Positions 9,241 to 19,371 of a DNA stretch of 57,836 bases are shown one piece after another. The DNA lies in assembly GCA_023150835.1 (NCBI GenBank), contig JAKLKB010000027.1, positions 1 to 57,836 of the forward strand. Direction: 5' to 3'. The DNA comes from Myxococcota bacterium. Its GTDB lineage: Bacteria; Myxococcota_C; UBA6777. The position numbers and the translations under genes are program-made. Numbering within the stretch: position 1 is the stretch's first letter; each line of letters opens with the position of its first letter. A model generated the notes under the pieces. It did not search any database and was not told where the DNA came from. It worked only from the letters and a program-made list of their open reading frames with translations.

Positions 9241-10210
9241 GCTTCACGGTTTGAGCGATCGCGCCAAAGATCGACCGGCCACCTTTCTTCATCTCGATGC
9301 GCACCGTATCCCCAAAACGCATAAACGGTGTTTTGCTCTCCCCTTCCTCGATCTTCTCGATCATCCGACGCTCTGCCAAACAACAACTCCCCGTCGAGCG
9401 ATCTTTGTTTGAGATGGTCCCTGATCCAAGGATCGTCCCCGCCCCCAAGGGCCGCGTCTTGGTCACATACGCGATCAGCTCGGGAAACGAAAACTGCATC
9501 TCAGGCCCTGCGTTGGGATGCCCGAACCATGCCCCGTTGTATTCGACTTCCAAAGGAAGGTGGACTCGCCCGTCCTGCCACGACTCGCCTAACTCGTCGG
9601 GTGTCACCGCAAACGGCGAAAAAGCCGTTGGTGGCTTGGAAACCACAAAACCAAATCCCTTCGCCAACTCCGCAGGGATCAAGTTTCGCAACGATACATC
9701 GTTGGCCAACATCAAAAGCCGGATGTAGCCGAGCGCATCGCTCGCCTTCGTCCCATAAGGAACATCGCCCGTCACCACCGCAACTTCCGCTTCAAAATCA
9801 ATCCCCCATTCCTCCGAAGCATGGACGATATCTTCGGTCGGACCTAAAAATGTGTCCGAACCGCCTTGATACATCAATGGATCTTCATAAAACGAAGCGG
9901 GAACCTCGGCCCCTCGGGCTTTTCGCACAAGCTCAACGTGATTCAAAAAGGCCGACCCGTCCAACCACTGATACGCTCGTGGCAACGGCGCATGAAGACG
10001 ATCCACTTCGATCGCAAAAGCCCCCTCCACACGATCGGATTGGAGCGCCTCAAACAACCCCCGCAATGGGCCTTCAACCTCTTCCCAACACTCCAACGCC
10101 TCCTGCATCGTCCGTGCGATCCCTGCCGCCTTAACAGCCCGCTCACCCGCCCGATCCACCACCAACAGCACACCATCGCGGCTGCCATCTCGCAACGTCG
10201 CCAACTTCAT
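9221..10210 (-). CDS. Fumarylacetoacetate hydrolase family protein
   Basis: MKLATL.DG.RDG, PLMYQGGSD, IDFEAEVAV, NDVSLRNL and GSGTISN. Confidence 0.93.
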   Translation of the reverse strand: MKLATLRDGSRDGVLLVVDRAGERAVKAAGIARTMQEALECWEEVEGPLRGLFEALQSDRVEGAFAIEVDRLHAPLPRAYQWLDGSAFLNHVELVRKARGAEVPASFYEDPLMYQGGSDTFLGPTEDIVHASEEWGIDFEAEVAVVTGDVPYGTKASDALGYIRLLMLANDVSLRNLIPAELAKGFGFVVSKPPTAFSPFAVTPDELGESWQDGRVHLPLEVEYNGAWFGHPNAGPEMQFSFPELIAYVTKTRPLGAGTILGSGTISNKDRSTGSCCLAERRMIEKIEEGESKTPFMRFGDTVRIEMKKGGRSIFGAIAQTVKPWKKES

Positions 10211-10697
10211 CCACAACCTCCTGATTTCGCTGATCTATCCGACAAAAACTCCGAAAGCATAGGCATTTCTGGCCGCCTGTCAAGCAACCCCCCCCTGCAA
10301 ACAACCCACGCTACGGCCTCCCCCAGCCATCCCCCACAGCACCGTCATTTCGACAATAACTCGAATAAGACAAAGATGGATTCTTACACAATACACTACC
10401 GAAAAGATTTTAATTTTTAGATTGACGAGACCCGTGAAAAAGAACATACTTCATTCATGTTCGCCTTTGAAAGAAAACGAATTCCTTTGTTTTTTCTCGA
10501 CCATCAAGAAGGCTTCTCGACAAAAACCAAACAACAGCCGATATCACAACCGCTTAGAACGAACCCAAAGAAACACCTGCTTCTTGAGATCAACGCGACA
10601 CAGGAGTCTTCGCGCACAAACAAAACGACACCACGCAGAAGCATTCACTCGGGTCCATCGCTTTCAGCGAAAACCGCAAAGACCAAAAGTAACGCCC

Positions 10698-11918
10698 ATG
10701 CAATACCCCATACCACCGCTCTTTTCGACCTCGCCGCTGAAACAAAAAAAGGCTCCGCCTCGCGTCCTCTGTCAGGGGGGAAGCCTTGTACTTCATGGTC
10801 TTTGTGGCGGATTGCTCTTGTGTACACAACACGAACCGCTGTGCTGGCTCTTTCTTCTTCTGTGCTGGCTGCTGGTTGCGGCCTCGCAAGGCTTTCTCTT
10901 ACGAACCACACGGAGCCGACTTCAGGATATCTTGGCCCCAACACTTGTCATCTCTTTGCTCATTTTCCTGACAGAACACCCCCAACAAGCACTGTTTTTT
11001 GGGGCGGGACTCCTGCTGATTGGAACCTTCTTCGCTGCGGGTTATGCGCGCATCTACCAAGATCGCCTGCTTCAAGAACGCTCCGCCTTGCGTACACAAG
11101 TCGCCCTTTACTCCGCATGGCAAACTCACAAACAAGCCCAGATCGAACAAGAACTCGCAGGGCGCTTGCTCTTGGAACAGCATCAGGCCAACAACTTACT
11201 TTGCGGCATCGTTTTACACGTCAACATCGCCTCCTCACTCCTCGACTCCGGCCTCTTTGAACCTCACCCCACCACCCCACACGCTCCAGATACCACCCAA
11301 GAACTCCAACAAAATATCCTCGATCTCACCGAGACTTCGCGCAAACTCCAACATCTTTTCGCCGAACAACTCGAACTCACCGCCCCCGAACAGCTTCGGC
11401 GGTCCAGCCAAGGCCGCCCCATCGACCTCTGTGATGCCTTTGCCCGCGCCCAACACCGCACACAAATCGCTCTACCCGACCTCTCCATCCTCGATCTCTC
11501 CGAATACAACGGCTCCTTATTCCTCCCAGAAGATCTCGATCTTCCCGCTTTTTTCTTTGATCTCTTTTGTATGCTCTCCCAAAGCCAACCCCATCCAACC
11601 CTCCATTTTACAACACAACACTTCCCCCACGCCCACCCTCCCGCCTTGCGCATCGAGCTCCAAGGCATCCCCGATCCCACTCTGCCCAAACGCCATCCCC
11701 ACCAAGCCTCCGCTTCCTCGATCGAACTCTTCCTGTCTTGGCTTCACCTCTTCCTTGACCTGCGCGGAGGACGCCTGATCTCCCCACCCAGCCCTACGCC
11801 CTCCAACTTCCCGCCTCCTCACGGATATCGAGAATTACCGAGCCTGATCTTCGATCTCCCCGTTCTTTCCGTCTCCCACCGCATACCCCCCCACAAAACA
11901 ACGGGGCCTGCTCGATAA
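10698..11918 (+). CDS. Membrane protein with degenerate histidine-kinase-like C-terminus
   Basis: Several hydrophobic helices, H-box-like HQANNLL and a late LRGGRL segment; no recognisable N/G1/G2 boxes. Start site inferred. Confidence 0.5.
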   Translation: MQYPIPPLFSTSPLKQKKAPPRVLCQGGSLVLHGLCGGLLLCTQHEPLCWLFLLLCWLLVAASQGFLLRTTRSRLQDILAPTLVISLLIFLTEHPQQALFFGAGLLLIGTFFAAGYARIYQDRLLQERSALRTQVALYSAWQTHKQAQIEQELAGRLLLEQHQANNLLCGIVLHVNIASSLLDSGLFEPHPTTPHAPDTTQELQQNILDLTETSRKLQHLFAEQLELTAPEQLRRSSQGRPIDLCDAFARAQHRTQIALPDLSILDLSEYNGSLFLPEDLDLPAFFFDLFCMLSQSQPHPTLHFTTQHFPHAHPPALRIELQGIPDPTLPKRHPHQASASSIELFLSWLHLFLDLRGGRLISPPSPTPSNFPPPHGYRELPSLIFDLPVLSVSHRIPPHKTTGPAR

Positions 11919-12001
11919 CTCTCGGGTGGCTTTTGTTTTGCGCAAACTCTCAGGCGACTTTTGTTTTGCGCAAGCTCTCAGGTGACTTTTGTTTTGCGCA
12001 A
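11919..12001. repeat. 28-bp tandem triplication of the SDR gene 3' end
   Basis: CTCTCrGGyGrCTTTTGTTTTGCGCAA at 11919, 11947 and 11975. Confidence 0.9.
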
Positions 12002-12769
12002 TATCCGAGAAAACAGCGCAGGAACGAAGCGTTTGAGGTAAACCCCCATCACTTCGCGCCCTCCGATGTAGACTTCTTCTTTTTTCTTCGCAAGCGCACG
12101 CAAGATCTTTTGCGCACACACCTCCGCAGGCATCCCGTTGGCTTGGGCCTGATCCATCGTCCCTTGCGACGATCCATCCCCAACAAGCGCGTTCACCGAA
12201 ACGGCGGTCTTGATATACCCCGGGCAGATCACTGTCACCGCGATCCCGTCTTGCCACGTCTCTGCGCGCAACGCATCACAAAAACCATGCAGCGCGTGTT
12301 TCGACGCTGCATACGAAGAGCGCAAAGGCGTACCAAACTTCCCAACGAGGCTTGTCACCATCGCGATATGCCCGCAACGACGGGCGATCATCGACGGCAA
12401 CAGCGCTTTGGTCAAAGCGATCGTCCCAAAATAGTTGATCTCCATAATCCGCCGATCCACCGCAAGGCTGGTGTCTTTGATCAATGCGCGTTGCGATATA
12501 CCGCCATTGTTGATCAACAGATCGACCTGCCCAAAGCGGCCCAGCGCCTGTTCCACCTTGCTTGGCATCTCTTCCGCCTTCTCCAGATCCAATGGCAAGA
12601 TCATCACGTCTTGTTCGCTTCGACCACAACGGCGCTTCACTTCCTCCAACACCTCTCCACGCCGTGCAGACAAGATCAAACGCGCACCCACCTCCGCATA
12701 CGCCAGCGCCAACGCTTCTCCTATCCCCGAAGATGCTCCTGTAATCCATACGACTTTTTCTCTTAACAT
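11978..12769 (-). CDS. SDR family oxidoreductase (DHRS7-like)
   Basis: TGASSGIG, INNGG and YAASKH motifs. Confidence 0.95.
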   Translation of the reverse strand: MLREKVVWITGASSGIGEALALAYAEVGARLILSARRGEVLEEVKRRCGRSEQDVMILPLDLEKAEEMPSKVEQALGRFGQVDLLINNGGISQRALIKDTSLAVDRRIMEINYFGTIALTKALLPSMIARRCGHIAMVTSLVGKFGTPLRSSYAASKHALHGFCDALRAETWQDGIAVTVICPGYIKTAVSVNALVGDGSSQGTMDQAQANGMPAEVCAQKILRALAKKKEEVYIGGREVMGVYLKRFVPALFSRILRKTKVT

Positions 12770-12986
12770 CCCAGCCTCTTGTGTTTTTAACGCCTTCGCG
12801 TTTGTTTTCTGAACGGAAAACGTATTCCGTCTGTGCTATCTTGTGGTACTCGATCTTCGACCCCAAAGCCACCGCAGAGGCGCTTTGAACCGACGCTTGA
12901 ATCGCAACACCCAAGGATATCTTTTCCCGCAACGCAAGCATCCAAAACCATTGAATCGCAACATCCCTTGCATCTGGAGTTTTTTT

Positions 12987-15470
12987 ATGATCCGAGCCTC
13001 CAAACGACCTCTCCCCACCCTGCGGCTTGTGCTGTTGGGGTTCGTGTTGTTTCTCGGCAACAACAGCCTCGGCTGCATCACGATCATCGCAGAGTGTCTC
13101 GAAGACACCAACTGCCCCGCAGCCCGCAAGTTCTGCATCGCAGGACGTTGCCGCGCCTGTCGCAACGACAAAGACTGTGAAGCCGGACAATACTGCGCTT
13201 TTTGGGCTTGCCAACCCGATCCACGCGGTAGCTTCGCTACTTGCGGAGACAGCGTTTGTGATCCCCGCGAAAACTGCCGAACATGCCCTGCGGATTGCGG
13301 TGCATGCACCAGTGCTTCGTGCGGAAACCAACGCTGTGATGTCGGAGAAGATTGCAAAACCTGCCCCTCTGACTGTGGCCCTTGCGCGCAAACCTGCAAC
13401 GACAAGATCTGCCAAAGCACTGAAACCTGCAAAACCTGCCCCGATGACTGCGGAAAATGCAAAGAACAGTGCGGAAATGCTGTGTGCGAACAAAACGAAG
13501 ATTGCACCATATGCGAAGCCGACTGCGGAAAGTGCGCCACTTCCTGCGGAAACGCCAAGTGCGAACTCTCCGAAAATTGCCAAACCTGCCCCCAAGACTG
13601 CGGAAAATGCTCAGACAACTGTGGCGACACGATCTGTCAAGATAACGAAGACTGTAAAAATTGCCCCCAAGACTGCGGAAAATGCGCCACTTCCTGCGGA
13701 AACGCCAAGTGCGAACCAAACGAAGATTGTAAGACTTGCGAAGCCGACTGCGGAACCTGTCAAGCCAAATGCGGTGACAAGATCTGCCAAAATACCGAAA
13801 CCTGCGCTTCTTGCCCCGAGGACTGCGGCCCCTGTCCCGCCACTTGCGGCGATGGAAAGTGTGAACAAAACGAAGATTGTAAGACTTGTGCCCAAGACTG
13901 CGGTCCCTGCCCTGCCACCTGCGGCGACAAGTCCTGTGGAATCGGCGAAGACTGCAACAACTGCCCCGATGATTGCGGAAAATGCGCCCCCAACTGTGGA
14001 AACAAGATCTGCAACGCAGACGAAAACTGCAAGACCTGCCCCCAAGACTGCGGAACCTGCGCCCCCAACTGCGGAAACGCCAAATGCGAACCCGGTGAAA
14101 CCTGCAACAACTGCGCTCCTGATTGCGGAAAATGCGAACCCAAATGCGGAAACAAGATCTGCGATACCAACGAAACGTGCAGCGATTGTCCCGATGATTG
14201 CGGCACTTGCCCGATCCAATGCGGCAACGGAAAATGCGAAACGGGCGAAACATGCACCTCTTGTCCAAAAGACTGCGGTGCTTGTCCTCCCCAATGCGGC
14301 GACGGAAAGTGCGAAACGGGCGAAACATGCACCTCTTGTCCAAAAGACTGCGGCCCCTGCCCCGATCAATGCGGCGATGGCGTCTGCGGTCCCACCGAAG
14401 GATGCAGCACCTGCCCCGCCGATTGCAAATCCTGCGCAGGTCAAAAGTGCCAAACGGACGCAGAGTGCGGAGCAGGCTTCTTGTGCCTCGAACCCGATTA
14501 CAACAACCCTGCCAAAGACAAGTTTTGCTTCCAAAGCTGTAGCAACGATCTTCTCCGCTGCTTGAGCAATACCGATGGCCGCACCCGTTGCGCCCCACTG
14601 ACCGCCTCTTTGCGCGTCTGCCTCAAAGACGCCAAAGCCTCCGAAGACTGCGGCCAAAAAGCCAAATTCCAATCCCGTTGTCTCGATAACCCTCCCCTCT
14701 ATTGCAGCGCCACCAGCAGCCTTTGCCAAACACCCACCATCCAAACACAGCCCGGCGCGGCTTGTGATATCCCACCCTACACCACAGAGCCTCCCAAACT
14801 CTGCGACCCCAACCAAAAACTCGTCTGCGATCCACAATCCAAAACCTGCACCGCTGCCCAACAAAGCGACGAAGGCAAAGAGTGCGATCCTTCGGGTCTG
14901 GTTCTCGGTCAAAAAGTCTTGTGTACGGGTTCTCAATTGTGCATCGACTTTGGCCCTTTTGGTCAGCGCTGCCACCGCCCATGCAGCGTCGGTGCGCCCG
15001 ATGCTTGCGCCCACAACACCGACCTGTCTTGCCAAACAATCTCTTTTGCGCCCGGATCTCCGAGTGTTTGCATGGATCTCAAATGCAACAGCGATGCAGA
15101 TTGCGCTTTTGTAGATTACGTCTGTAGCGGTACGCCCGGAACCCCCAAAGTTTGCCGCCCGCCCGGCCCTGTCGGCCCCCTCGACTTTGGCGCAGTGTGC
15201 AGCACAGATCCCACCCAAGCCAAAACCTCGGGATGCAAAAGCGGCCTGATCTGTATCCCACGCACCAACAGCCAATCCCTCGGCGTCTGCTCTCGTGATT
15301 GCACCGTCGATGCAACCGTTTGTCAGCCCTTCTCTGTAGGCGGCACCACCTACATCACCCAATGCGAGTCCTCCACCCTCGGCTTCAAAGCCTGCGGCGT
15401 TCTTTGCCAAGGCGGTTCGCTGCAATGCCCCCCCGCCACTTCCTGCAACAACGGGCGTTGCGCTCCCTAA
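12987..15470 (+). CDS. Secreted/lipoprotein Cys-rich repeat protein (many CG(D/N)xxC..ExC..CPxDCG units)
   Basis: Hydrophobic N-terminus ending in SLGC; tandem ~26-aa six-Cys repeats; GGAG before ATG 12987. Confidence 0.85.
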   Translation: MIRASKRPLPTLRLVLLGFVLFLGNNSLGCITIIAECLEDTNCPAARKFCIAGRCRACRNDKDCEAGQYCAFWACQPDPRGSFATCGDSVCDPRENCRTCPADCGACTSASCGNQRCDVGEDCKTCPSDCGPCAQTCNDKICQSTETCKTCPDDCGKCKEQCGNAVCEQNEDCTICEADCGKCATSCGNAKCELSENCQTCPQDCGKCSDNCGDTICQDNEDCKNCPQDCGKCATSCGNAKCEPNEDCKTCEADCGTCQAKCGDKICQNTETCASCPEDCGPCPATCGDGKCEQNEDCKTCAQDCGPCPATCGDKSCGIGEDCNNCPDDCGKCAPNCGNKICNADENCKTCPQDCGTCAPNCGNAKCEPGETCNNCAPDCGKCEPKCGNKICDTNETCSDCPDDCGTCPIQCGNGKCETGETCTSCPKDCGACPPQCGDGKCETGETCTSCPKDCGPCPDQCGDGVCGPTEGCSTCPADCKSCAGQKCQTDAECGAGFLCLEPDYNNPAKDKFCFQSCSNDLLRCLSNTDGRTRCAPLTASLRVCLKDAKASEDCGQKAKFQSRCLDNPPLYCSATSSLCQTPTIQTQPGAACDIPPYTTEPPKLCDPNQKLVCDPQSKTCTAAQQSDEGKECDPSGLVLGQKVLCTGSQLCIDFGPFGQRCHRPCSVGAPDACAHNTDLSCQTISFAPGSPSVCMDLKCNSDADCAFVDYVCSGTPGTPKVCRPPGPVGPLDFGAVCSTDPTQAKTSGCKSGLICIPRTNSQSLGVCSRDCTVDATVCQPFSVGGTTYITQCESSTLGFKACGVLCQGGSLQCPPATSCNNGRCAP

Positions 15471-15513
15471 TTCGGCTCGCCCCCCAGCGGACCGCAGAAC
15501 CAAAGGAATCCCC

Positions 15514-16851
15514 ATGCACCACCACCCCTCCGATCTTTGCGTGCAAACTGCACACAAGCACGCGACCGTTCCAAACAACCCAAAACAAAAGCACGCCTCT
15601 TTTTTTCGGATGCCTTGTTTCGTTTTCTTCGTAGCTGCCTTGTGCGGTGCGCTTGTGCATCTCGCTTGCGATCCCAAACCAAGCACCGAAAACGCCGTCG
15701 AATCCGCCCAAGAACTCACCCCCGAATCCGCCCAAGAATCCACCCAAGACACCACCCCCGACGCAAGCCCCGAAGCCACCGCCGAACCTGCACCCGAACC
15801 TGCACCCGAACCCCTCGCAGAACCCACGCCCGAACCCGCAGCAGAATCTGCCCCCGAGATACCCAACGGCCCTCATACCCTCGCTGTATTCGATAAAATC
15901 ACCATCCACAGCAACGGCGATGTCAACGTCCGCCAAGCCCTCTCCCCCTTTCGCTTTTTCCACTCTTCCTTTCAACGTGTCGTCCTGCGTGTACAACTAG
16001 AGACGACTTGTTTTCCCTTTGAGAAGTGGCAACAAGATCCGCCTCCGCCCGGGCACAACTGGCCCCCCAAGTGCGATGCCTTTGACCGCAACTTCGACTT
16101 TCACCTCGACCCCGCGCCCGATGCCCCCAAAGGCACCCCCGCCATCGAACTGGTGCGTGCGATCACTCCTTTTGGTGGCCCCATGCAGTTCCAAGCCGAT
16201 ATCACCGATATCGCCAACGGACTCAAAGGCGGCGCACACACCATGCGCGTCAATATCCAAACCTATTCCGACGGCCAAGGAAAAGTCTCTGGCTCCAATG
16301 GACAATGGACCGTCTCTGCATTTCTTGATGTCGTGCCTTCTGACACACCCAGTCGTATTCTTTCTGTTCAACCGCTGTTTAACCACAACCACACCGACAA
16401 GATGACCCGCCAATCCGCCACCTTCACGATCCCCCAAGGCGCAAAAACAGCTTATCTCCTGTACCGTGTGACGGGACACGGCGGTGGCACCGCAGATGCG
16501 GCCTGCATCGGCCACGCCGACGAATTCTGCCAACGCACCCACAAACTTTATTTCAACGATCAACTCGCCCACGAATGGATCCCTTGGCGAAAAGATTGCG
16601 CCAAACTCTGCACCCTCCAAAAACGCGGAACGATGGAGTATTGCGCCGAAAATCCATGCGGCTCCATCCAAAGCGTTCGCGCCCCCCGCGCCAACTGGTG
16701 TCCCGGTAGTGTCACCCCTCCCTACGTCCACTTGCTCCCTGCGGATATCGTTCAAAAAGCAGGCTCGCATCAGTTCGATTACGAGATCCTTGGCATCGCT
16801 CAAGGCGGCTCGTGGAAAGTCTCCGCAACCCTCGTTGTGATCGGACCTTAA
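15514..16851 (+). CDS. Peptide-N-glycosidase F (PNGase F)-like lipoprotein
   Basis: HLAC lipobox and Pro/Glu linker; CDAFDR, ELVRAITPFG, TGHG, DEFC and RANWCPG resemble PNGase F motifs. Confidence 0.8.
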   Translation: MHHHPSDLCVQTAHKHATVPNNPKQKHASFFRMPCFVFFVAALCGALVHLACDPKPSTENAVESAQELTPESAQESTQDTTPDASPEATAEPAPEPAPEPLAEPTPEPAAESAPEIPNGPHTLAVFDKITIHSNGDVNVRQALSPFRFFHSSFQRVVLRVQLETTCFPFEKWQQDPPPPGHNWPPKCDAFDRNFDFHLDPAPDAPKGTPAIELVRAITPFGGPMQFQADITDIANGLKGGAHTMRVNIQTYSDGQGKVSGSNGQWTVSAFLDVVPSDTPSRILSVQPLFNHNHTDKMTRQSATFTIPQGAKTAYLLYRVTGHGGGTADAACIGHADEFCQRTHKLYFNDQLAHEWIPWRKDCAKLCTLQKRGTMEYCAENPCGSIQSVRAPRANWCPGSVTPPYVHLLPADIVQKAGSHQFDYEILGIAQGGSWKVSATLVVIGP

Positions 16852-16871
16852 ACTCCGTTCTGATTTGATCA

Positions 16872-16984
16872 TACGATATCCGAGTGATGTGTGATCGTAA
16901 GATAGTACGTAGACGCCCTATTCTTGGGCAGCCACAGGGGGCTGCCCCTACATTTTTACGATCACACAACGGGCGGATCTCGTG
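16872..16984 (-). mobile_element. Family A MITE (TCA target duplication)
   Basis: TCA|TACGATATCCG..CGGATCTCGTG|TCA. Confidence 0.88.
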
Positions 16985-16999
16985 TCAGTCCTATCTACA

Positions 17000-17115
17000 C
17001 AGGACTTGCGCAGTTGAAAAGGGAAACCCTGAGATATCAGAACGTTGTAGGGGCGGTTCGCGAACCGCCCACGCCCGAACATCTGCCTTTTTCGTATCGA
17101 ACTGCGTAAGTCCTA
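17000..17115. mobile_element. Family C TIR MITE carrying a GTAG-REP hairpin
   Basis: TIRs CAGGACTTGCGCAGTT / AACTGCGTAAGTCCTA; flanking TCTACA direct repeats; internal GTAGGGGCGGTTCGCGAACCGCCC. Confidence 0.8.
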
Positions 17116-17270
17116 TCTACAATTCACACCTAATTTTTTTGAACATCGCGCAGACAGCCCCCGTCTATCCCGCCGACCTATCAAACGCTGTGGTCGTCGA
17201 CTTTTGCCCAAAACAACGGCAAATCGGCGACCATCGCGTATCAAATCCCCCCATTCGATCGGTCGCGGCG

Positions 17271-18758
17271 ATGAAACACAAACGCAACGCACGGAACACC
17301 CGCTCCCCCCATCAGCCCCACCAAGATATCAACTTTGAACTCGGTGCCTCCGGCCTTTGTCACGAAGGCCAGATCTACAAAGAGCAACACAACCACTGGG
17401 AGATGTACTACTACAGCGCCTGCGGCTGCGGGTGTTGCGCTAACCGATACGATTACGTCCCCCCCCCTCCTGCCTACGCCATCGAGGCCATCCCTTCGGC
17501 TCTTTTGCCCTTCCTTCAACTTCCCCCAGAACGGATCTCTGAGTCTCTTGATCTTCCGTCGTTTGATGTCTGGGATCTTGTGCCTTTCTTCCACGAATTC
17601 ACCCGACGTTTTCCTCACTCGATCTTCTCTCTACGCCTACTCGAATCCATCCTCTCTCGTACTCCTGAAGAACAACGCGAGCAAGTAGCCCGGGCTTGCC
17701 GAGCGGCCATCCGACGCCTTCGACTCCGATCTGCCGACGCCATCCCCCACCTCACAACCATCCTTGATCTGTTGCTCCCCACCTTCGAGCAACGCTCCCT
17801 GTTGTTTGCGATCGCAACGATGGGAACGCTCGCTGCGCCGCTCTTGCCTCGCCTCTATCAGTTCGCAAGCGCCTACGATATCGAACTCTGCGCCCAAGCC
17901 GCCCACACCCTCAGTCTGCTTGGACCTCGCGATCCCCTCGTCCTCCAATGCCTACAACGTATCCTCCAACGCCCTTTGAACCCGTACTCCAACAGCGGCC
18001 AACCACATCCCCAACTTGGTGCCTTGCTTGCCCTCGATCGCATGGGAGAAATGGCCCGTCAAATCCTTCACGATGTCCAAGCCCTGTCTCTCAACGATCA
18101 TCCTGCCCTAATCAAAGCATGGACCCGCATCATCGGGAAGTTTCAGCACAATCCCAACACCAACATCCCTAGGCTGGAACGATGGCTCCATCACGACGAT
18201 CCCAGTGTCCAAGAAACGGTTGTCATGGCTCTGGGCAAATTCGGACACCACGCCGCCACCCCCAACGTTTTTCAACACCTCCTTCTCTTCATCACCCAAC
18301 CCAAGCAGCAACGACGACACGAAGCCTCTTTGCGCACGCTTGCCAAGATCTGCCGCCCTCCACAGATCCCCGCCCTGTGTACAGCACTCCAACAACACTT
18401 ACAAAGCGCCCCCACCGACCTTTTCGATCTCCCGCTCCTCCAACATCCCCCACATCATCGAGAGCAGATCGCTTTTTTCTTCCATACTCTCGCTGCAATT
18501 CTTCGTATCCTTTCTGATCTATCTCGCCGCAACAAAGGTTGTTCGTTTCCTTATTCACCAACGGCCCTTTCGCTGCTCTGCTCTTTTGCTCAACGTCTCC
18601 AAGGCCCGCACGTCTTGCTATGGAAAAGCCTCTTTTCGACACAACCCACGGCCTCTTACGAGATGATCCTCCGCTCGCTCCTCGACTTCCTTGATGCCGT
18701 CCCAACTTCACCCGATCCGCGCCTTCACAAAGAATTTGAAGAAGCACTTTTCTCCTAA
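17271..18758 (+). CDS. HEAT-repeat protein with Cys-rich N-terminus
   Basis: Repeated AAHTLSLLG / ALLALDRMG / VVMALGKFG helices; CGCGCC near the N-terminus. Start site inferred. Confidence 0.65.
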   Translation: MKHKRNARNTRSPHQPHQDINFELGASGLCHEGQIYKEQHNHWEMYYYSACGCGCCANRYDYVPPPPAYAIEAIPSALLPFLQLPPERISESLDLPSFDVWDLVPFFHEFTRRFPHSIFSLRLLESILSRTPEEQREQVARACRAAIRRLRLRSADAIPHLTTILDLLLPTFEQRSLLFAIATMGTLAAPLLPRLYQFASAYDIELCAQAAHTLSLLGPRDPLVLQCLQRILQRPLNPYSNSGQPHPQLGALLALDRMGEMARQILHDVQALSLNDHPALIKAWTRIIGKFQHNPNTNIPRLERWLHHDDPSVQETVVMALGKFGHHAATPNVFQHLLLFITQPKQQRRHEASLRTLAKICRPPQIPALCTALQQHLQSAPTDLFDLPLLQHPPHHREQIAFFFHTLAAILRILSDLSRRNKGCSFPYSPTALSLLCSFAQRLQGPHVLLWKSLFSTQPTASYEMILRSLLDFLDAVPTSPDPRLHKEFEEALFS

Positions 18759-18762
18759 AAAT

Positions 18763-19092
18763 CTATAGCTTATCGTACTTTGAACTCGATCCTTTGGACT
18801 TTTCTATGGGGTATTTTTTTTTATTCTTTTCCAGCTTCGCAAGCACGATATCCGCCACATCCAGCCGATAATGCGCCGCCAACAACAACGCCCCATAAAA
18901 CACATCGGCCAACTCATCTTTCAACCCCTCCATCTCCACATCGTCCCCTTTTTTCCACAAAAACAACTCCAATAACTCCCCTGCTTCGACGTTCAAGCTG
19001 ATCGCCAGATCTTTGCCTGTGTGATACTGCGCCCAGTCCCGCTCGTCGCGAAAAGCCAAGATCGCCTCTGTTAATCGTTTGAGATCGCTCAT
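18763..19092 (-). CDS. MazG-like nucleotide pyrophosphohydrolase (dCTP pyrophosphatase type)
   Basis: FRDERDWAQYH, EAGELLELF, DELADV and NKKKYP. Confidence 0.92.
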   Translation of the reverse strand: MSDLKRLTEAILAFRDERDWAQYHTGKDLAISLNVEAGELLELFLWKKGDDVEMEGLKDELADVFYGALLLAAHYRLDVADIVLAKLEKNKKKYPIEKSKGSSSKYDKL

Positions 19093-19371
19093 CTTTTTCC
19101 TTCAGTTCAGTGCCCATCGCATACTCTAGCCGCAAGATGACACCAACGACACGCGGCTGGATCGACCCATCGTGTTTCCTTGAGCGGGCGTCCTCTCCGC
19201 TTCGGGCCTTGCATAAGATCGCGTGATTTGTCAACCCAGCCCGCCCTTTCTACTCGAACAACCACCCCGACAAACACCGCGTCTTCTCTATCTCCAACAC
19301 AAGATATCGGATTTTTTGACGCCTTCACATTCCCCCGCTAGGCTTCTGCAAAGGCGCGTGGCGCTCTGTAA

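Noticed and set aside
12897-12963. 13-bp direct repeat TTGAATCGCAACA x2 upstream of the Cys-rich gene
   Set aside because: It could be an operator, but it cannot be distinguished from the many incidental duplications here.
12276-15866. Long antisense and alternate-frame ORFs over the Cys-rich gene (also 50609..51988, 46031..47719, 39273..40958)
   Set aside because: They are shadow ORFs caused by repetitive, skewed codon usage.
16884-17270. N-terminal extensions predicted for the HEAT ORF (likewise 30589-30705, 10422-10697, 37622-38068, 53054-53191)
   Set aside because: They run through repeat elements or intergenic DNA; downstream ATGs, mostly with an RBS, are more plausible.
18763-19092. 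MazG-like gene as part of an anti-phage defence island
   Set aside because: It is a stand-alone housecleaning-type gene with no recognisable defence neighbours.
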